Notes: generated from the sequence alone by a model not told the origin. A stretch of DNA of 64,000 bases from Takakia lepidozioides (GCA_030704615.1 CM060733.1:47678001-47742000), one strand, 5' to 3'; positions 49,316 through 63,415 are shown, counted from the stretch's first letter. Made by a program: numbers and translations.

Positions 49316-52300
49316 TTACCAAGATCCTGAACTAGATAATAAGCTGGAGATGCCGCGACTGCTGCTATCAATGCTTGAGGACAGTCTTCTCTGTAAGTCT
49401 ATCCTCTCAATCATTTTAACGACTTGGACCATGCTGGGTCGGCGTGAGGCTGTGGAGTTCACACACTGCATTGCAATTTCCAAACATGCTAATGGCTCCT
49501 CATCAGAGCAAGATCCCATGAGTTCGATGTCAAAGACCTCATGGGCTTGACGTTCGTCGACCATATCATTCACCTGCAATGGACATCCAATGAATTAGGC
49601 TTCGAACTGGTAAACTGAAATCAGAGTCAACAAACCAGTCAACTCTCTTCAAGACTGATGACAAGGTGAATCATTGAGGTTGATGGTCCTGAGAATCTAC
49701 AATTGGGTCCAATGTCATCGGCTCTATGAGTAGGGGTCTTCCAAGTGAGCATTGGATGCATAAATAGCAATGCGCATTATCCCACCGAGAGAAATTGGTG
49801 ACTGAAGCTCCAGGGTAGAGTAAAATCTCCGATTTGATTTTTCTGATGTGAAATCCAAGCACCATGTGTTTGGAAGTTGGCGATTATGCGTGACATCAAA
49901 CATGTGCAAAACATGTCCAATCATGCACAAGCTACTAAGATGTGATAAACTGTCCACCCATCTGAGCAGCTTTAAAGAGACAAGCCAATATGAGCACTCC
50001 TTACCCATTGGATCATAGTGTGGCCCGTATCCTTAAAGAAATCATCTGAAGGCCGCTTTCCTGTGAGAATCTCCAGGAGCACCACACCAAAGCTGTACAC
50101 ATCTCCCTTCTCAGTTGCTTGCCCCGTGTCCACATACTCTGAAAGGCCACAAACACATCAGGAACATGCTGAGGCAATGATCTGAGACTCGGTGGGAAGA
50201 CAAAGTACTTGGGATGGAAGTTGCAGGATTCCCAACTCCTTGAAATTTGAACATGGGAAGCAACAAATCAGCCGTCCAAAGTTAGCAGTTTTTGTAAGCT
50301 ACTGTCAATGGTGAATGGTCACTCCCGCCTTGGTAGAAGACAGGATTTTCATATACTCTCTCTCAATCCCCTTACCTGGAGCCAAATAACCAAGTGTTCC
50401 CGCTATGATTGTGGTAACATGAGTCTGCTGTGGGTTGATTAACTTTGCAAGCCCAAAATCCCCAAGATGCGGCTCCATGTCCTCGTCCAACAAAATGTTG
50501 CTGGATTTTACGTCACGGTGAATGATATGTGGGATGCAGTCATGGTGCAGATATGCCAGGCCACGGGCAGTTCCAAGCAATATCCTGTGGCGTGTTTCCC
50601 AGTCCAAAGGCAGCAGACCTTCCTTTTTATAATCTGCATGTGTACATCAACCTCAAGTCAGTCGAGTACAACATATACCAAAGTACCATATACGCTTTGA
50701 GAAATTCCATTGTTTATCTACCATAAGTTCAGGTCACCTGTGACCTTTGAGATTCCAGTTAAGCCTCCCCCCAGCAAGATTCAGAGTAAGGGAGGAAGAG
50801 AGTGGTGAATTCCTCCTCTCCAGAAAATACAGGGGAGGAATGGGAAAGAAGAGGCATAGAAAGTAGTAGTACAAAAACTAATTTAAGGGCATCTGGTAAT
50901 CCGGTATACCATGCAACCAAGTATCCAGATTGCCGTTGGGAATCAAGTCATATATAAGGATGTTGATATGTGGACCACTGTAAAACCCACGCAATGCAAC
51001 CAAATTACGGTGCTTGATATCAGCCAATGTCTCCACCTCCCGTTCAAATCCACGGTCACGGTCAATAGTCCCCCTGGTCAGTTTCTTCACCGCAAATGGC
51101 GTAAAGTCGTCAAAAAGTAGCTTGTACACCGTGCCATAACCACCAGTCCCAATAACATCTGCACTGCTGAGTTTCTGGGTTTTCTTCAGCATACACTTTG
51201 ATGAAGGAGTTGCCTTCCCCGATAGCTTGAACATTACCATCTTGCCACCTGCTCTCACAGACAAATGTGTGCAGCATCAATGGCATGCATGGATGTTAGA
51301 AGAAGTTAGTCCGTTGTGTATATGACATGTGCAAAAGAGCTCAGAAAATTGAAAATCTTTTCGGGCATGTGGTCCCTCTCGCCCCGTCCGACCGAGTATT
51401 TTACGTATGACCCTCAATCCTGGATTTAAGTGCTTGCTATGACATGAGGGTGTCCACCATCAGGGGGTTATTATCCCATGGGGACTGTATCCTCGAGGTC
51501 ACATTATAGCCAATCTACGCAGGAAACAGTAATTCTTCACCTCCTTGTACTCAGTCTGACTGGGATTGGATCCATATATCGAACTTAGTCTCAATCTAGA
51601 GGGCTAATTTACCAGAGATGATATCAGCATCCTGCTGGGACACACAAAGTCAATGCAAGCCTTTATCTAGCAGTCAATTCTCTACAACCAACTGGTGTGC
51701 GGATGCAGTCGGTTGAAAATTACCAAAGATCTGGGGAGGCTTAGTACTACGGGAATGTCAAAGAGTATGCCATCCCCATTATCTTCTGGGAATGGGAGAT
51801 GACTGCATTGTCATCTCCCTAGTGGCCACAGGGATGGCCACAATGGCAAAGAAATACTAACGAGTACATCATCTCTCCTCTCTGTGCAATAGAGTACTTA
51901 CCAGACAATTTCATCTCATCAACAGCATACCGCTTGGACCATCGCCAAAAGAACAGTAGGCCTAGGACAAACTTCGAGGCCACGAAAGCACAAACGCAGA
52001 TAGTGATTATAAGCCCCAGACTAAGTGGAGTTGCGTGTTTGGCGGAGGGCCCACCCCTTTCTCTATTCAACAGGGGCAAGGGCCCACCACTTACTGGGGA
52101 TGGGGTAGGGCCTGGCAAAGAACCACAAAAAATGGAAAAATCAGGAAGAATCAGATACACTACGGTAGCTAAGGAATAAAGCTTCCAGAAAGGGAGAGAA
52201 TAACAATGTCTATTATGTCAAGAGAAGAAGACAAGATAGTTATTTGCAGGACTTAGGCAAAAACATAACCAAACACCCAAACAGGCGGCCAACTTCAAAG

Positions 52301-55300
52301 TGCAGAGCTCAATGATTGACGTCAGACTCAACATAAAATAAAAAGTTTGTACACTTGTGAATTCCAGCAGGAGACCTTGATCACCTCATACTGCAGCAGG
52401 GAAAGCAATATTGTAAGAAGCTTTCACCTTCAATGGAATTGGTAAGAAGTGCACCCACAAAGCTAGGAGTCCTTATTTCAGTGAGAAACCTTGCTGTTTC
52501 ACACTTCCGTAACGTTGGGTATCCACAAAGATGAAAGTTGTCTCCAAATCTGCACGAAAGGAACATTTGTCAGCAGACGTTACAAAGTATGTTTGTTTCT
52601 TGTCAGCATCAATGCTGGCCTCATGTTTGGCAAAGAAAAGCTTGGCATTTTCAACACATAACTTTGGTGTTTGCTACACAAATCACTTCAACATATAGGC
52701 ACCAATGACTCGTGCTCACATAAAATTGAAAGACTCTAGATGTCATTTTGTTTTCTGGGAAGTGGAAAAGAGATAGTGCGAGTTGACTGTCACTTACGAG
52801 GCACTCGTGAAGGAGGCTAACACTCCTTCTGGAACAGTGCCTTCAAGCATATTCTTTGACACATTCCTGCAAAACTGATCCCATATGAAGTTTTCACAAG
52901 AAACAACAGTTTTCTGCGGTGAAAAAAGCCCCACATTACAAGATAGTTATCAGCAAAGAGAGCAAGCGACTAATAGATATATATTAAGCATCTCCTGCTT
53001 ACAGGAATGAGAGCTCTGTAAGGCGATTCAGACTTGTTGGTAAATTTCCCCTCAACCGATTCTTTGACAGGTCCCTGCATTACACATGTGGCACATGTCA
53101 TGGTATTTCGTAATTTCTCTATATCGAAATAGTAAAGCAAGCACTCACAAGTTGTTAATTCAAGCGAAGTACTCAGGGTTGTTGAATTTGGACTTACAAC
53201 TCTCTGAGATTCACAAGAAAGCCGAGGTCTAATGGAATAGCGCCGGACAAGTTGTTTGAGTGCAAATTCCTGAGCCCAAGTAGGTAACATGTCAGTCAAC
53301 CCAAAATCAGCTTCACACCCTGTTGTTCTACATATACTTTCTCTTGCAACCAGTCATAGGACTCAGAAATGCTAAGGTTGGGAATTGGTCAAGACACTAT
53401 TTGGATGCTGGTTGAACTCACGCACATAATTCTCAAGCTGGCTGAGCTCCCTAAGTATGGTGGAATCTCCCCTTCAAAATTGTTGGACGACAAGTTTCTG
53501 CACATTTTCCAATACATCATCAAGCGATATAAGTGGCTTTCATACCAGAACTGATCTATACAATACAAAGACAGAATGAGGGATACACTAGTTAGCAAAT
53601 ACCCCGTATCATCACAACTGTGAGATACCAAATAAAAGCCCAACTTCCCACCGCCACTTACAAAGCTTGTAAATAGTTCAGTTTTCTCACATCCAATGTG
53701 ATGGTGCCCCGGAGCTGCTTTCCAGATAGGTTTCTGCACCACAAGAACCCATGCCATCCCATAAGCACTCAGAGCTTCCAGTGGACGTTAGTTCCTTCTT
53801 TGGGCTTGCATCATGAGGGTCTCCATCTTATAAAATCTCTCAAAGGTGAATCACAGTTTTCAGGCTACTTGTTCAGGGCCACTCTTTGAGCTTTCTGTGG
53901 ACATTATAAAGTATAGATACATTTCTTGTATCCTGTTTTCAAAACAGAATCACACCTCAATAACAACCTTTGCAGCCAAAACATTCCAGCCCAGTAGGTG
54001 TTGGTAATTGGAGACAAATGCAACGGTAGCCTATTTCTTCTCTCTCTCCGCACCTTTCCTGGAAGTAACAGACTTTTTTTTTCTTTCATCTTCTGCTCTC
54101 AGCCAGTGGTTGTGTCTCTTGAAGCAACAGTGTGACTGACAGTAGTCTAAAGCAGCGGAAACCAAAATCTAATGTGGATAGCCTCCCTTCATCTCTCATA
54201 AGCACCTTTTATTGTATTGAAACCCAGTGGAGAAGAAGGTCGTGCCTGGATGGACTGGCAGCATGTACCCCAGCTTCCGATCATTAGGACAGTACAGCCA
54301 GTGTCCTCAGCTGGGAAATCTATTGTAAGCTTGCATAATCTGTTAGATATTAGGACCTGTAGACAGTTCATGGTCCAAGGAGATACATGTACTTAAAACG
54401 CCATGAAATGAGATTCAAACCATTATATTTCCTTAACTTACATGGACAAGACATGCGAATGTTGAGAGCACTGTATGCCCATCCAGTGACAAGGTGTGGG
54501 ATCAGACGAGTTCCAGCTGGAAAGGCTGCCGTGGACATCAGTCAGATTGTGTACAAAATCAAGCAGCACATGACCTGCACCAAGTTTCAGTCTAGAGAAC
54601 GTTATTACAGGAGAGAGATGAAGAGAACATTTGGGCTGAGGGCGGAGGGAACGAAGAAGTAGGCTTAAAGCACCATCAGTGAGGAAGGCGGAGCTGCAAA
54701 TCTACCCCAGCACTTGAAAACTTGACGAGTTGAAAGTGCCACCATGCGGTAAAGAGTTTCAGAGCAAAAGTACTGCTGCTTCCAAACAAATTAGCACCCG
54801 AGATACTAGTCTTCACCGGATTAGACTACTAGTCTGCACCGGATTCAATCCAACGAGAAAAGCATGACAGCTTTTTGACGTTTGCAAGACCAGAACCCGT
54901 TCAATTTGCACCCAGAGAGAGGTTGACAGTCATGAAGACGCAATGCCGCATCAAATCACTACAGTGAGACGAGAGCACGTACTTGTAAGGGGGGATACAC
55001 AGCTCTGAAGACAGAAGTCCGATTTCAAACCTGCTGCTGGAAGAGGTTTGTTTTCCCTCCCTTCAGCGACTCTACCAAAACACTTCGCAGCGCTTGGAGA
55101 ATGGAAAGAAAGAAAGATGAGGTGGAGTCGACTAGTTATAGGGAGAGGAGTGAGGTGAAATACTTGTGAATGTCCATGAGAGACAGACCGTAAGCCAGAC
55201 AGTAAATTATTACACAGTTGGTAATTTCTCGAGTGCACACTTACCGAGACATGGAAGCACAGTCTAAGTAGTACACTGTCTCTCTCCACATTCAAAGAAT

Positions 55301-55661
55301 TCTTTCCACAGTCGGTGTGTGCTCTACCAACACAACTGGTAGAAGCACAAAATATAATCTGCAACGCACCACGAATTGAGAGCGCGCGGTCAGTGAAAGC
55401 AATCTCACCTTCTTCATTAAGAGCCACACCGGAGCTGGGGGCCAAGGACATAATGAGTAGTAGAAGGAAGATGAAGCCCCATCGGCACCGCTTTGAGGAA
55501 TCTCCGAAACCCAAAGGATCCAATTTGGATATGAACATCAAAACCGCGGTTGAAGAAGTGAGAAGCTTGAAGGAATTATAGCGACATACCAGCGCGTCAG
55601 CCTCCTCACGAATAGAGTTTGGGATATTGAGTGGGCTAGTGGCCCAGCTGAAGAACTCCAT
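49316..55661 (-). CDS. LRR receptor-like kinase (LRRNT, 5 LRR exons, TM, RD kinase), FEI/LRR-XIII-like
   Basis: Exon 1 at 55409-55661 with a hydrophobic leader. [24 protein letters not shown] (~54441-54574). ~72-nt LRR exons: [69 protein letters not shown]. Kinase [30 protein letters not shown]. Stop at 49316. Confidence 0.92.
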
Positions 55662-58095
55662 AATTCTGGGTCATGCTAATTTCTTTGAGTCGTGGACACA
55701 TGGTTGCGTACGAGAGCGGGAGACTCATAAACGATGAACCAGCATCTTTAGACTGAGCCTTTCGTAGTAGTGAAGAATTCAAATGGGTCGAATTTATGCT
55801 ACATTATTGAATCTTAGCGACAGCACGAGTACAGCCTACGATATCCACAACCCAACTTCGCAAAAAAAATTCCAGTTCCGGGCTTTTCAAAATCAGTGCC
55901 CCTCCTTCTTTACACTCCCCATCACCGACCACCACCTCTCCTTCATCATGAGCTGCCATTCTTCATGTTCTCTCACTGAACTTTCATGCAGCCTTTCTAG
56001 ATTTTGGTGAAGTCCTGCAAAACTTACATGTGACAATTCAGAGAAAGACAGGGAGAAATATCGGGTCCTTCGTTACGATCTTACAGACAAGTGGGAGGAG
56101 AGTTGTGGACGCTCAAAAGATAGTGCTCCATCTACACGCTTGCCATGACTGCCAAGTTGATCACATTCATCAAAACTCGCTAATAATATCTCTCTGACTC
56201 AAATTCTCCACTCCTTTTTGCATGCGATGCTTCTACTGCAGTCAACGACTTCCAAACACGCTCTCACACCGCCACCCTTTTTTAAGCCTGTGCAGACCTG
56301 GCCCTCTCCCCGCTGCTGCCCGCCATTTTGCCTCTACACTCCACCACCTTTATTAAACCCTAACTTACCACCGTTCCTCTCTTTCCTCTTTATTTCCCTT
56401 AAGAGTTTTTTCTTTTTTCTTATTAGTTTTTAGAGAACAGGGGACAGTGGCCACTGGCCAGTTAGTTTTTTTCAAGAAAAACTTGAAAGGGACAACTTAA
56501 CGCCCAAACGCCCAAGAGGCCCTACAGTGGCTTCTCTCTGGTCAAACTTAGTTTTCACTTTGAAAACAATATTTTTCGCACTTGAGTTGAACTAACAAAG
56601 TAAAGATAATCAAGTCTAGTCTCTAGTCCACTTTACGAGTCATCAGAATTCCTGAATCTCTTGTAGTGATTACCAGTTCAATGGGTCAAGAGCCAATTTG
56701 ATCTTCAACATAGTTTTTCTATCGAATTTTTCAACTTAAGAACTTCTTTTTACTTTTAAATATACTAAAGTGTTTTTCATTGTGATTTACACCCAAGGTA
56801 AAATTTTCATAAATTTTGGATACTTATTGTAATTGATATGATTTTTTGAAGACATTAAGCTTAAGAAAATCATAATATTTCACTTTTAATGAGACAATTC
56901 TGGATTTATAGTAAACATATAGGTTCATCTATGAAAAATATTAAAAAAATAATTTTCTCAAATTCAAGAGCTACAGATCGAAGTTTGACTACATTGCGAA
57001 TTGCGTGGTCCTTTAGGGGTTAAGGCCCAACTAGTTCGCCTTTTATTTTGGGTATTGTTTACTTTAATTTCGGCCATTCTATTACCCCAACACAAACCCA
57101 CACGTTTTCACTCTGAAGCAAATCTCCACCAGCGGGGAGAGGCCACATGGCAAGATCGCAAGCGACTGGATTGTGTAGGGACATCACGTCAAAATCCTAG
57201 CAATTATTGGCAGTACGGCGGTGCCGCTAATAAAAGTGGAGCGGCGAGAAAATCATTTATTTAAAAATTCAATCGTGGGCCCAAAAACGTACACGTCAGA
57301 GGGTCGAATCCAGCCAGCTACTTACTTAAGTGTATATTAGGTGTTAATCATTGAAGCTCTAAATATAGACGGCTCCAAAATGTGAGGAGTATGGTCCCAT
57401 CACAACACGACATTTTACGCACACGCACACCCTATTAATATAAGTAACCAGTCTGGCCGGCAACTGGATGGATGAAATCATTGAAGAAGATGAACACTGC
57501 CAGCTACGCGAGCTGAAATTGTAGTTTTTTTTTTTTGTTTTTTTGTAGTTCGTAAATGATTGAACGATATACATATTCTAGCGACGACCAAAGGTCGGAA
57601 GCTAGTTTAGCGTAGAGCAGGAATAGGGTGCCATAGTGCCATGTCATCATCGCCACATCATCATAGGCACGTCATCGTAGCCAGGTCAATTTCTTTGGAA
57701 TCTACCCGGACGGCCCGCGAGAAATAGGCCAATAGAAATCGCCGCGCTAACGTTTTCGGAACTGCCCGCAATGCCCGGATCTTGATCTTCTTGAACTGCA
57801 GGAGCTCTGCAGGAGCTCTGCGTTTTCTGCCATCGTTCACCTTGCAAGCACAGGCATGGATAGTTGAAGGAGCAGGGATCGAGCAAATGAAATATGTCGT
57901 GAATTAAAGCGACAACCCATCAATACTGAGGATGTGCTCAAATTATATCTTAAGCTATCCATCGGAAGTTCTAGAAAGTAGTTGAAAAGCGATTACTTCT
58001 GCTCATGTTAGGGCAATTCATTTTTAAGCTTAGTATCATAACCTCTCTCTTTGCCAAGCTACTTGTTTTGAAGTGTTCTTTGGGTACATTTGCAG

Positions 58096-58495
58096 GTTCT
58101 TTCATGTCCAAAAAAATCGAGCACTGTGGAAAGCAGAAAACGAGATCACAAAGGGTCTCAGAGAGATCATCCAAGCCCGGCATGACTCTGTAATTCTTGG
58201 AAAAAGTGCCGAATTTGGAAATGATCTGCTAGGTATAATGTTGTCTGTAAGTGAGGACAACCCCCGGGACAACCACAAGGCCAATCCTACACAAGCCCGA
58301 CTCACAAACCAGCAGGTGGTAGATGAGTGCAAGACCTTCTTCTTTGCTGGCCATGAAACCAGCGCGGTTTCTCTGACATGTACTTTGATGTTGCTGTCGG
58401 TATATCCCGAGTGGCAGGATCGTCCGCGTAGAAAAGTGCAAGAGGTTTGCAAAGGCGCGTCTCCTGATAGCCAGAAACTCGGCAAGCTGAAACTT
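58096..58495 (+). pseudogene. Orphan cytochrome P450 exon (CYP72 clan, I-helix exon)
   Basis: AG|..GNDLLGIML..VVDECKTFFFAGHETSA..LLSVYPEWQD..LGKLKL|GT. No neighbouring exons with ExxR, PERF or heme motifs were found. Confidence 0.85.
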
Positions 58496-58639
58496 GTGAG
58501 TTCTGAGCCTCAAATATCAAACCATCTTGAGCAAGTGTCTAGATTCTCTTTCGCCTATCAAGCCATCAGGGTTTCCTCTCTCTATGTTGCCCTCTACATT
58601 GTATACAAGACTAGGGACTGATTTGTTGTTTTGGTATAC

Positions 58640-61600
58640 ACTGTTTCACAAATGTCGTCAGAGGTCCGTGGTGACATTGTCAAAGCTGGAATTGCACCAG
58701 ATTCATCCTGAACACTGCCCTGATGGACATATGCCAAATGTGGGTGGATCGAGGATGCGAAGGGAGTTTTCAACACTGTGGTTGAAAGAAATGTGGTGTC
58801 GTGGAACGCTATGCTTGCAGGGTATGCACAACAGGGGCACGGGATGGAGACTTTGGAGACCTATTAGAGTGTGTGTACAGAAGCATCCGAGAGGGCCAGA
58901 TTTCAAGCACAAGATTACCTATGATTTTGTCAGTTAGCTCGTTAGCTCGGAGCAGGGATAGAGTGTGGGTCCACAACAAGAAAGCAACCAAAAACAGGTA
59001 ACAGGGATGAGGAGAAGCTGTGGAATGAATACTTTTCTGACCACATAACTTTTGTGTGCATGTGCAAGCCTGGCAGCCCTGGAAAAGGGCAAAGAGGTCC
59101 ATGGTTGCATCGTCAAAGCTGGAAATGTACCAAATGTAATTCTGAACAATACCCTTGTGGACATGTATGCCAAATGTGGAGGGAGTGTTCAAACTGAATC
59201 TGCCTGTTTTGCCCTCTCATCAGACTCGGCCCTGAGATGCATATTGAATTCTGTAAGTTAGCTTGTTGGGTGTATCTGTGGTGGTTAGGAGTGACTTTGA
59301 CAAGTTACTGCCGATGTGGCAGCAGGATTGTATCCAAAAATAGATAACATAGATGAGGAGAAGCTTGTTGACGTTTGTTTGCATTTGCAATGCGTGTGCA
59401 AGCCTGGCAGCCCTGGAAAGGTGCAATGAGGTCCATGGTGACATCGTCAAAGCTGATTTGTACCAGATGTCATCCTGAACACAGCCCTGCTGGACATGTA
59501 TGTCAAATGTGAGTGCATCGAGGATGCAAAGGGAGTTTTTGACAGTATGGCTGAAAGAAATGTGGTGTCGTGGAGGGTGATGATTGCAGGCGATGATTGC
59601 AGGATATGCACAGCAAGGGCCGGGATAGAGGCTTCGGAGACCTAATGATGGGGGAAGGGTGAAGCCCGACCGCATAACGTTTGTTTGCATTTGCAATGTG
59701 TGTGCAAGCCTGGCAGCTCTGGAAAGGTGCAAAGTGGTCCATGGTGACATCGTCACATCTGGAATTGTACCCAATGTCATTCTGAACACTGCCCTGCTGG
59801 ACATGTATGTCAAATATCGAGGATGCAAAGGGAGTGTTCGACAGTATGGCTGAATGAGATGTGGTGTCGTGGAGTGCGATGATTGCAGGATATGCACAGC
59901 AAGGATGCGGGATGGAGGCTTTGGAGACCTATGAGCAATTGATGTGCGAAGGGGTGAAGCCCAACCGCAACACATTTGTTTGCGTTTGCAATGCGTGTGC
60001 AAGCCTAGGAGCCATGGAAAAGGGGGAAGAGGTCCATGGTGACATCGTCAAAACTGGATTTGTACCAGATGTCATCCTGAACACTGCCCTGGTGGACATG
60101 TATGCCAAATGTGGGTGCATGGAGGATGCAAAGGGAGTGTTCGACAATATGGCTGAATGAGATGTGGTGTCGTGGAATGCAATGATCGCAGGATATGCAC
60201 AGCATGGTTGTCATAGGGAGGTTCTGCAACTATTTGAAGGAATGCAAAAGAACGGCTTGAAGCAGTATGTGTTCTCTCTGCATGCAGCCACGTTGGCCTT
60301 CTGAATGAAAGTAGACACTACTTCGATTCCTAGATTCAAGATCATGGTGTCACTCCGACAGTATAGCACTTTGGCTGCATGATGGACCTTCTTGGACGTG
60401 CGGGACAACTGGATGAGGCAGTGGACTTGATTAATAAAATGCCAATCAATCCAGATGTTGTGGTGTGGAAGGCCTTGTTTAGTGCCTGCAGAATCCATGA
60501 CAATGTAGAGATGGATGCTCACCAAGTGTTCAACAGAATGCCTCAACGATGTTTGATCTTGTGGAACATAATGTTGGCAGGATTTACCAAGCACGGGTGT
60601 GGTAGGAATGCTTTGGAGACCTATGAGCAAATACTGCACGAAAAGGTGAAGCCCAACCACTTTGTGTTTACAATGCGTGTGCAAGCCGGGGAGCTTTGGA
60701 AAAGGGGAAAGAGGTCTATGGTGACATCGTCAAAGCTGGAATTGTACCAGATGTCAATCTGCAAACTGCTCTGGTGGACATGTATGCCAAATGTGGGTGC
60801 ATTAAGGATGCGAAGGGAGTTTTCAACACTATGGCTGAACGAGATGTGGTGCCATTGGACGCGATGCTTGCAGGGTATGCACAGCAAAAACGTGGTATGG
60901 AGGCTTTGGAGACTTATGAACAAATGATGGGAGAAGGGGTGAAGCCCGACCACATCACGTTTGGGTGCGTTTGCAATACGTGTGCAAGCCTGGCAGCTCT
61001 GGAAAGGGGCAAAGAGGTCCATGGCGACATCTTCAGAGCTGGAATTGTACCAGATTTCATTCTGAACAATACCCTGGTGGACATGTTTGCAAAATGTGGG
61101 TGCATCTAGGACGCAGTGGGAGTGTTCAACACTATGGCTGAACAAGATATGGCGTCGTGCAAGCCTGGCAGCCCTAGAGAAGGGCAAAGAGGTGCATGGG
61201 GATATCGTCAAAGCTGAAATTGTACCAAATGTCATTCTAAACATTGCCTTGGCAGCTCTGGAAAAGGGGAAAGAGGTCCATGGTGACATCTTCAGAGTTG
61301 GAATTGTACCAGCTGTCATTCTAAACAAAGCCCTGGTGGACATGTTTGCAAAATGTGGGTGCATCTAGGATGCAAAGGGAGTGTTCGACACTATGGCTGA
61401 ACGAGGTGTGGTGTCGTGGAGTGCGGTGCTTGCAGGGTATGCACAGCAGGGACGTGGGATGGAGGCTTTGTAGACCTATGAGCAAATGATGTGCGACGGG
61501 GTGAAGCCCGACCACATCACGTTTGCAGTACGTGTGCAAGCCTGGCAGCCCTGGAAAAGGGCGAAGATGTGCATGGCAACATCGTCAGAGCTTGAATTGT

Positions 61601-62554
61601 ACCAGATGTAATCCTGAACTCTGCCTTGGTGGACATGTATGCCAAATGTGGGTGCATGGAGGATGCAAAGGGAGTGTTCGACAATATGGCTGAATGAGAT
61701 GTGGTGTCGTGGAATGCAATGATCGCAGGATATGCACAGCATGGTTGTCATAGGGAGGTCCTGCAACTATTTGAAGGAATGCAAAGGAACGGCTTGAAAC
61801 AGTATGTGTTCTCTCTGCATGCAGCCACACTGGCCTTCTGAATGAAGGTAGACGCTACTTCGATTCCCTGATTCAAGATCATGGTGTCACTCCGACAAAA
61901 TAGCACTTTGGCTGCATGGTGGACCTTCTTGGACGTGCGGGACAACTGGATGAGGCAGTGGACCTGATTAATAAAATGCCAATCAATCCAGATGTTGTGG
62001 TGTAGAAGGCCTTGTTTAGTACCTGCAGAATCCATGAAAATGTAGAGATGGCTCAACGTGCAGCAATATCTATCCTCAAGTGGAATGAACAGGATGCCGC
62101 GACTTATGTTGCTATCAAACATCTATGCTGCAGCTGGCAGGTGGGTTGATACTGTAAAGGTGAGAAGAATGATGAAGGTCAGAGGGGTTGAAAAGGAGCC
62201 AGGTCGCTGTGCATCCCAGAATTAAGGAAATCCATGCTCAGCTGAGAAGATTGTCTGGGAAGATGAAGAGGCGGGGTATGTGCCTGACAGGCGCTTTGTA
62301 TTGCATGATGTGGGAAGGAGGAAAATGAATTTTCTCTTTGCCACCACAGTGAGAAGCTGGCCATTGGTTTTGGGCTGATCAGCATGACCCCTAGGACGCC
62401 TCTCCGTCTCATTAAGAATCTTCGAGTGTGTGGTGACTACCACACCTCCACCAAATTCATCTCAAAGATTGTTGGCCGAGCAATTGTTGTACGGGACGCT
62501 AACCGCTTTCACCACTTTGAAGATGGGATTTGTTCTTGTGGTGATTACTGGTGA
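58640..62554 (+). pseudogene. Scrambled, internally duplicated PLS-PPR-E-DYW pseudogene with PDF-motif fragments
   Basis: Many PLS motifs with stops and frameshifts. PDF fragments KHPRGPDFKHKITYD (58881) and DEEKLWNEYFSD (59006). C-terminus [61 protein letters not shown] at 62552-62554. Confidence 0.92.
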
Positions 62555-63330
62555 AAGGATGTCTTTTTGGAAAGATGCGAGTGTCTTGCTTCATTCATTG
62601 ATCTGTGACTTAGCTACTCACACCATCCACCATTTCCCGAAAGTATTGACCATGATGTACTGTTGAGTGCATTTCCTGTGCCATAAATCCACAGGAAATG
62701 ATAGTGGGGTCTACCCAGCATAGGTGGGAAGTCAGCCCATAATTGCACTTGACTGAAGGGGTGATTTTTGACTGATTCTGGTGACAGTGGATGGAAATTA
62801 GAGTGCCTAATTCTAGGTTTGGGTGGTGGAGCTTCTCCAAAGCTTCAAGATGGAAGTGAATACGAATTTTAATGAGCTTGATGAGAGGGGCAGCCCTGTA
62901 CACAAGTTTGTTCAACATCTTAAATTTGGACATGTGTTTGTTTCTTGTGGTGGTTTTGGATGGAGCCCTTGATGAACTTGCATGAATATTGTCAAAAGCT
63001 AGCCTTAACCCACCAAGATCCAATCCCATGGTGGATGCTTGAAAGTTCATACAGTGAATGTAAGGGTATTTGGGTATGTTGTTATTGATTGATGCGGCTT
63101 GTGAAAATTGAATATTGAAATGCAGATCTGCCATTTGTTTTCCAGAAAAAAACAAAACATGGGATCTCTGCATGTACCACTGTGGGGATGACCCAGCCCT
63201 TTTTTTGTGAAAAATTGAACATAGTTCTCAGAATTCGTCGCTACTAGTGCGGAGCCACGCGAAGCCCTAGTATATATATACATGTTATCAATAGGTAATT
63301 CCCCTTCATTCATAGAAAATGGAACAACCA

Positions 63331-63397
63331 GTCGGTATAGCTCAGGTGGATAAAGCGGTGAGTGCCAGGTGATTCTGGGTTCAAATCTTGCTACCTT
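63331..63397 (+). mobile_element. tRNA-derived SINE head or tRNA pseudogene
   Basis: A-box TAGCTCAGGTGG and B-box GGTTCAAATC; no convincing anticodon arm. Confidence 0.5.
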
Positions 63398-63415
63398 GTC
63401 GGGTGTAGTATAATC

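Noticed and set aside
54951-55408. 3' part of the 236-aa ORF 54951-55661 as coding
   Set aside because: Read-through into intron 1 of the LRR kinase; the GT donor follows ALNEEG at 55408.
59855-61697. Recurrent CGA>TGA stops in PPR motifs read as substrates for U-to-C editing or readthrough
   Set aside because: The locus is nuclear and has many frameshifts. Methyl-CpG deamination plus duplication explains the stops.
63331-63397. Functional tRNA gene
   Set aside because: A and B boxes are present, but it is too short and lacks a proper anticodon stem-loop.
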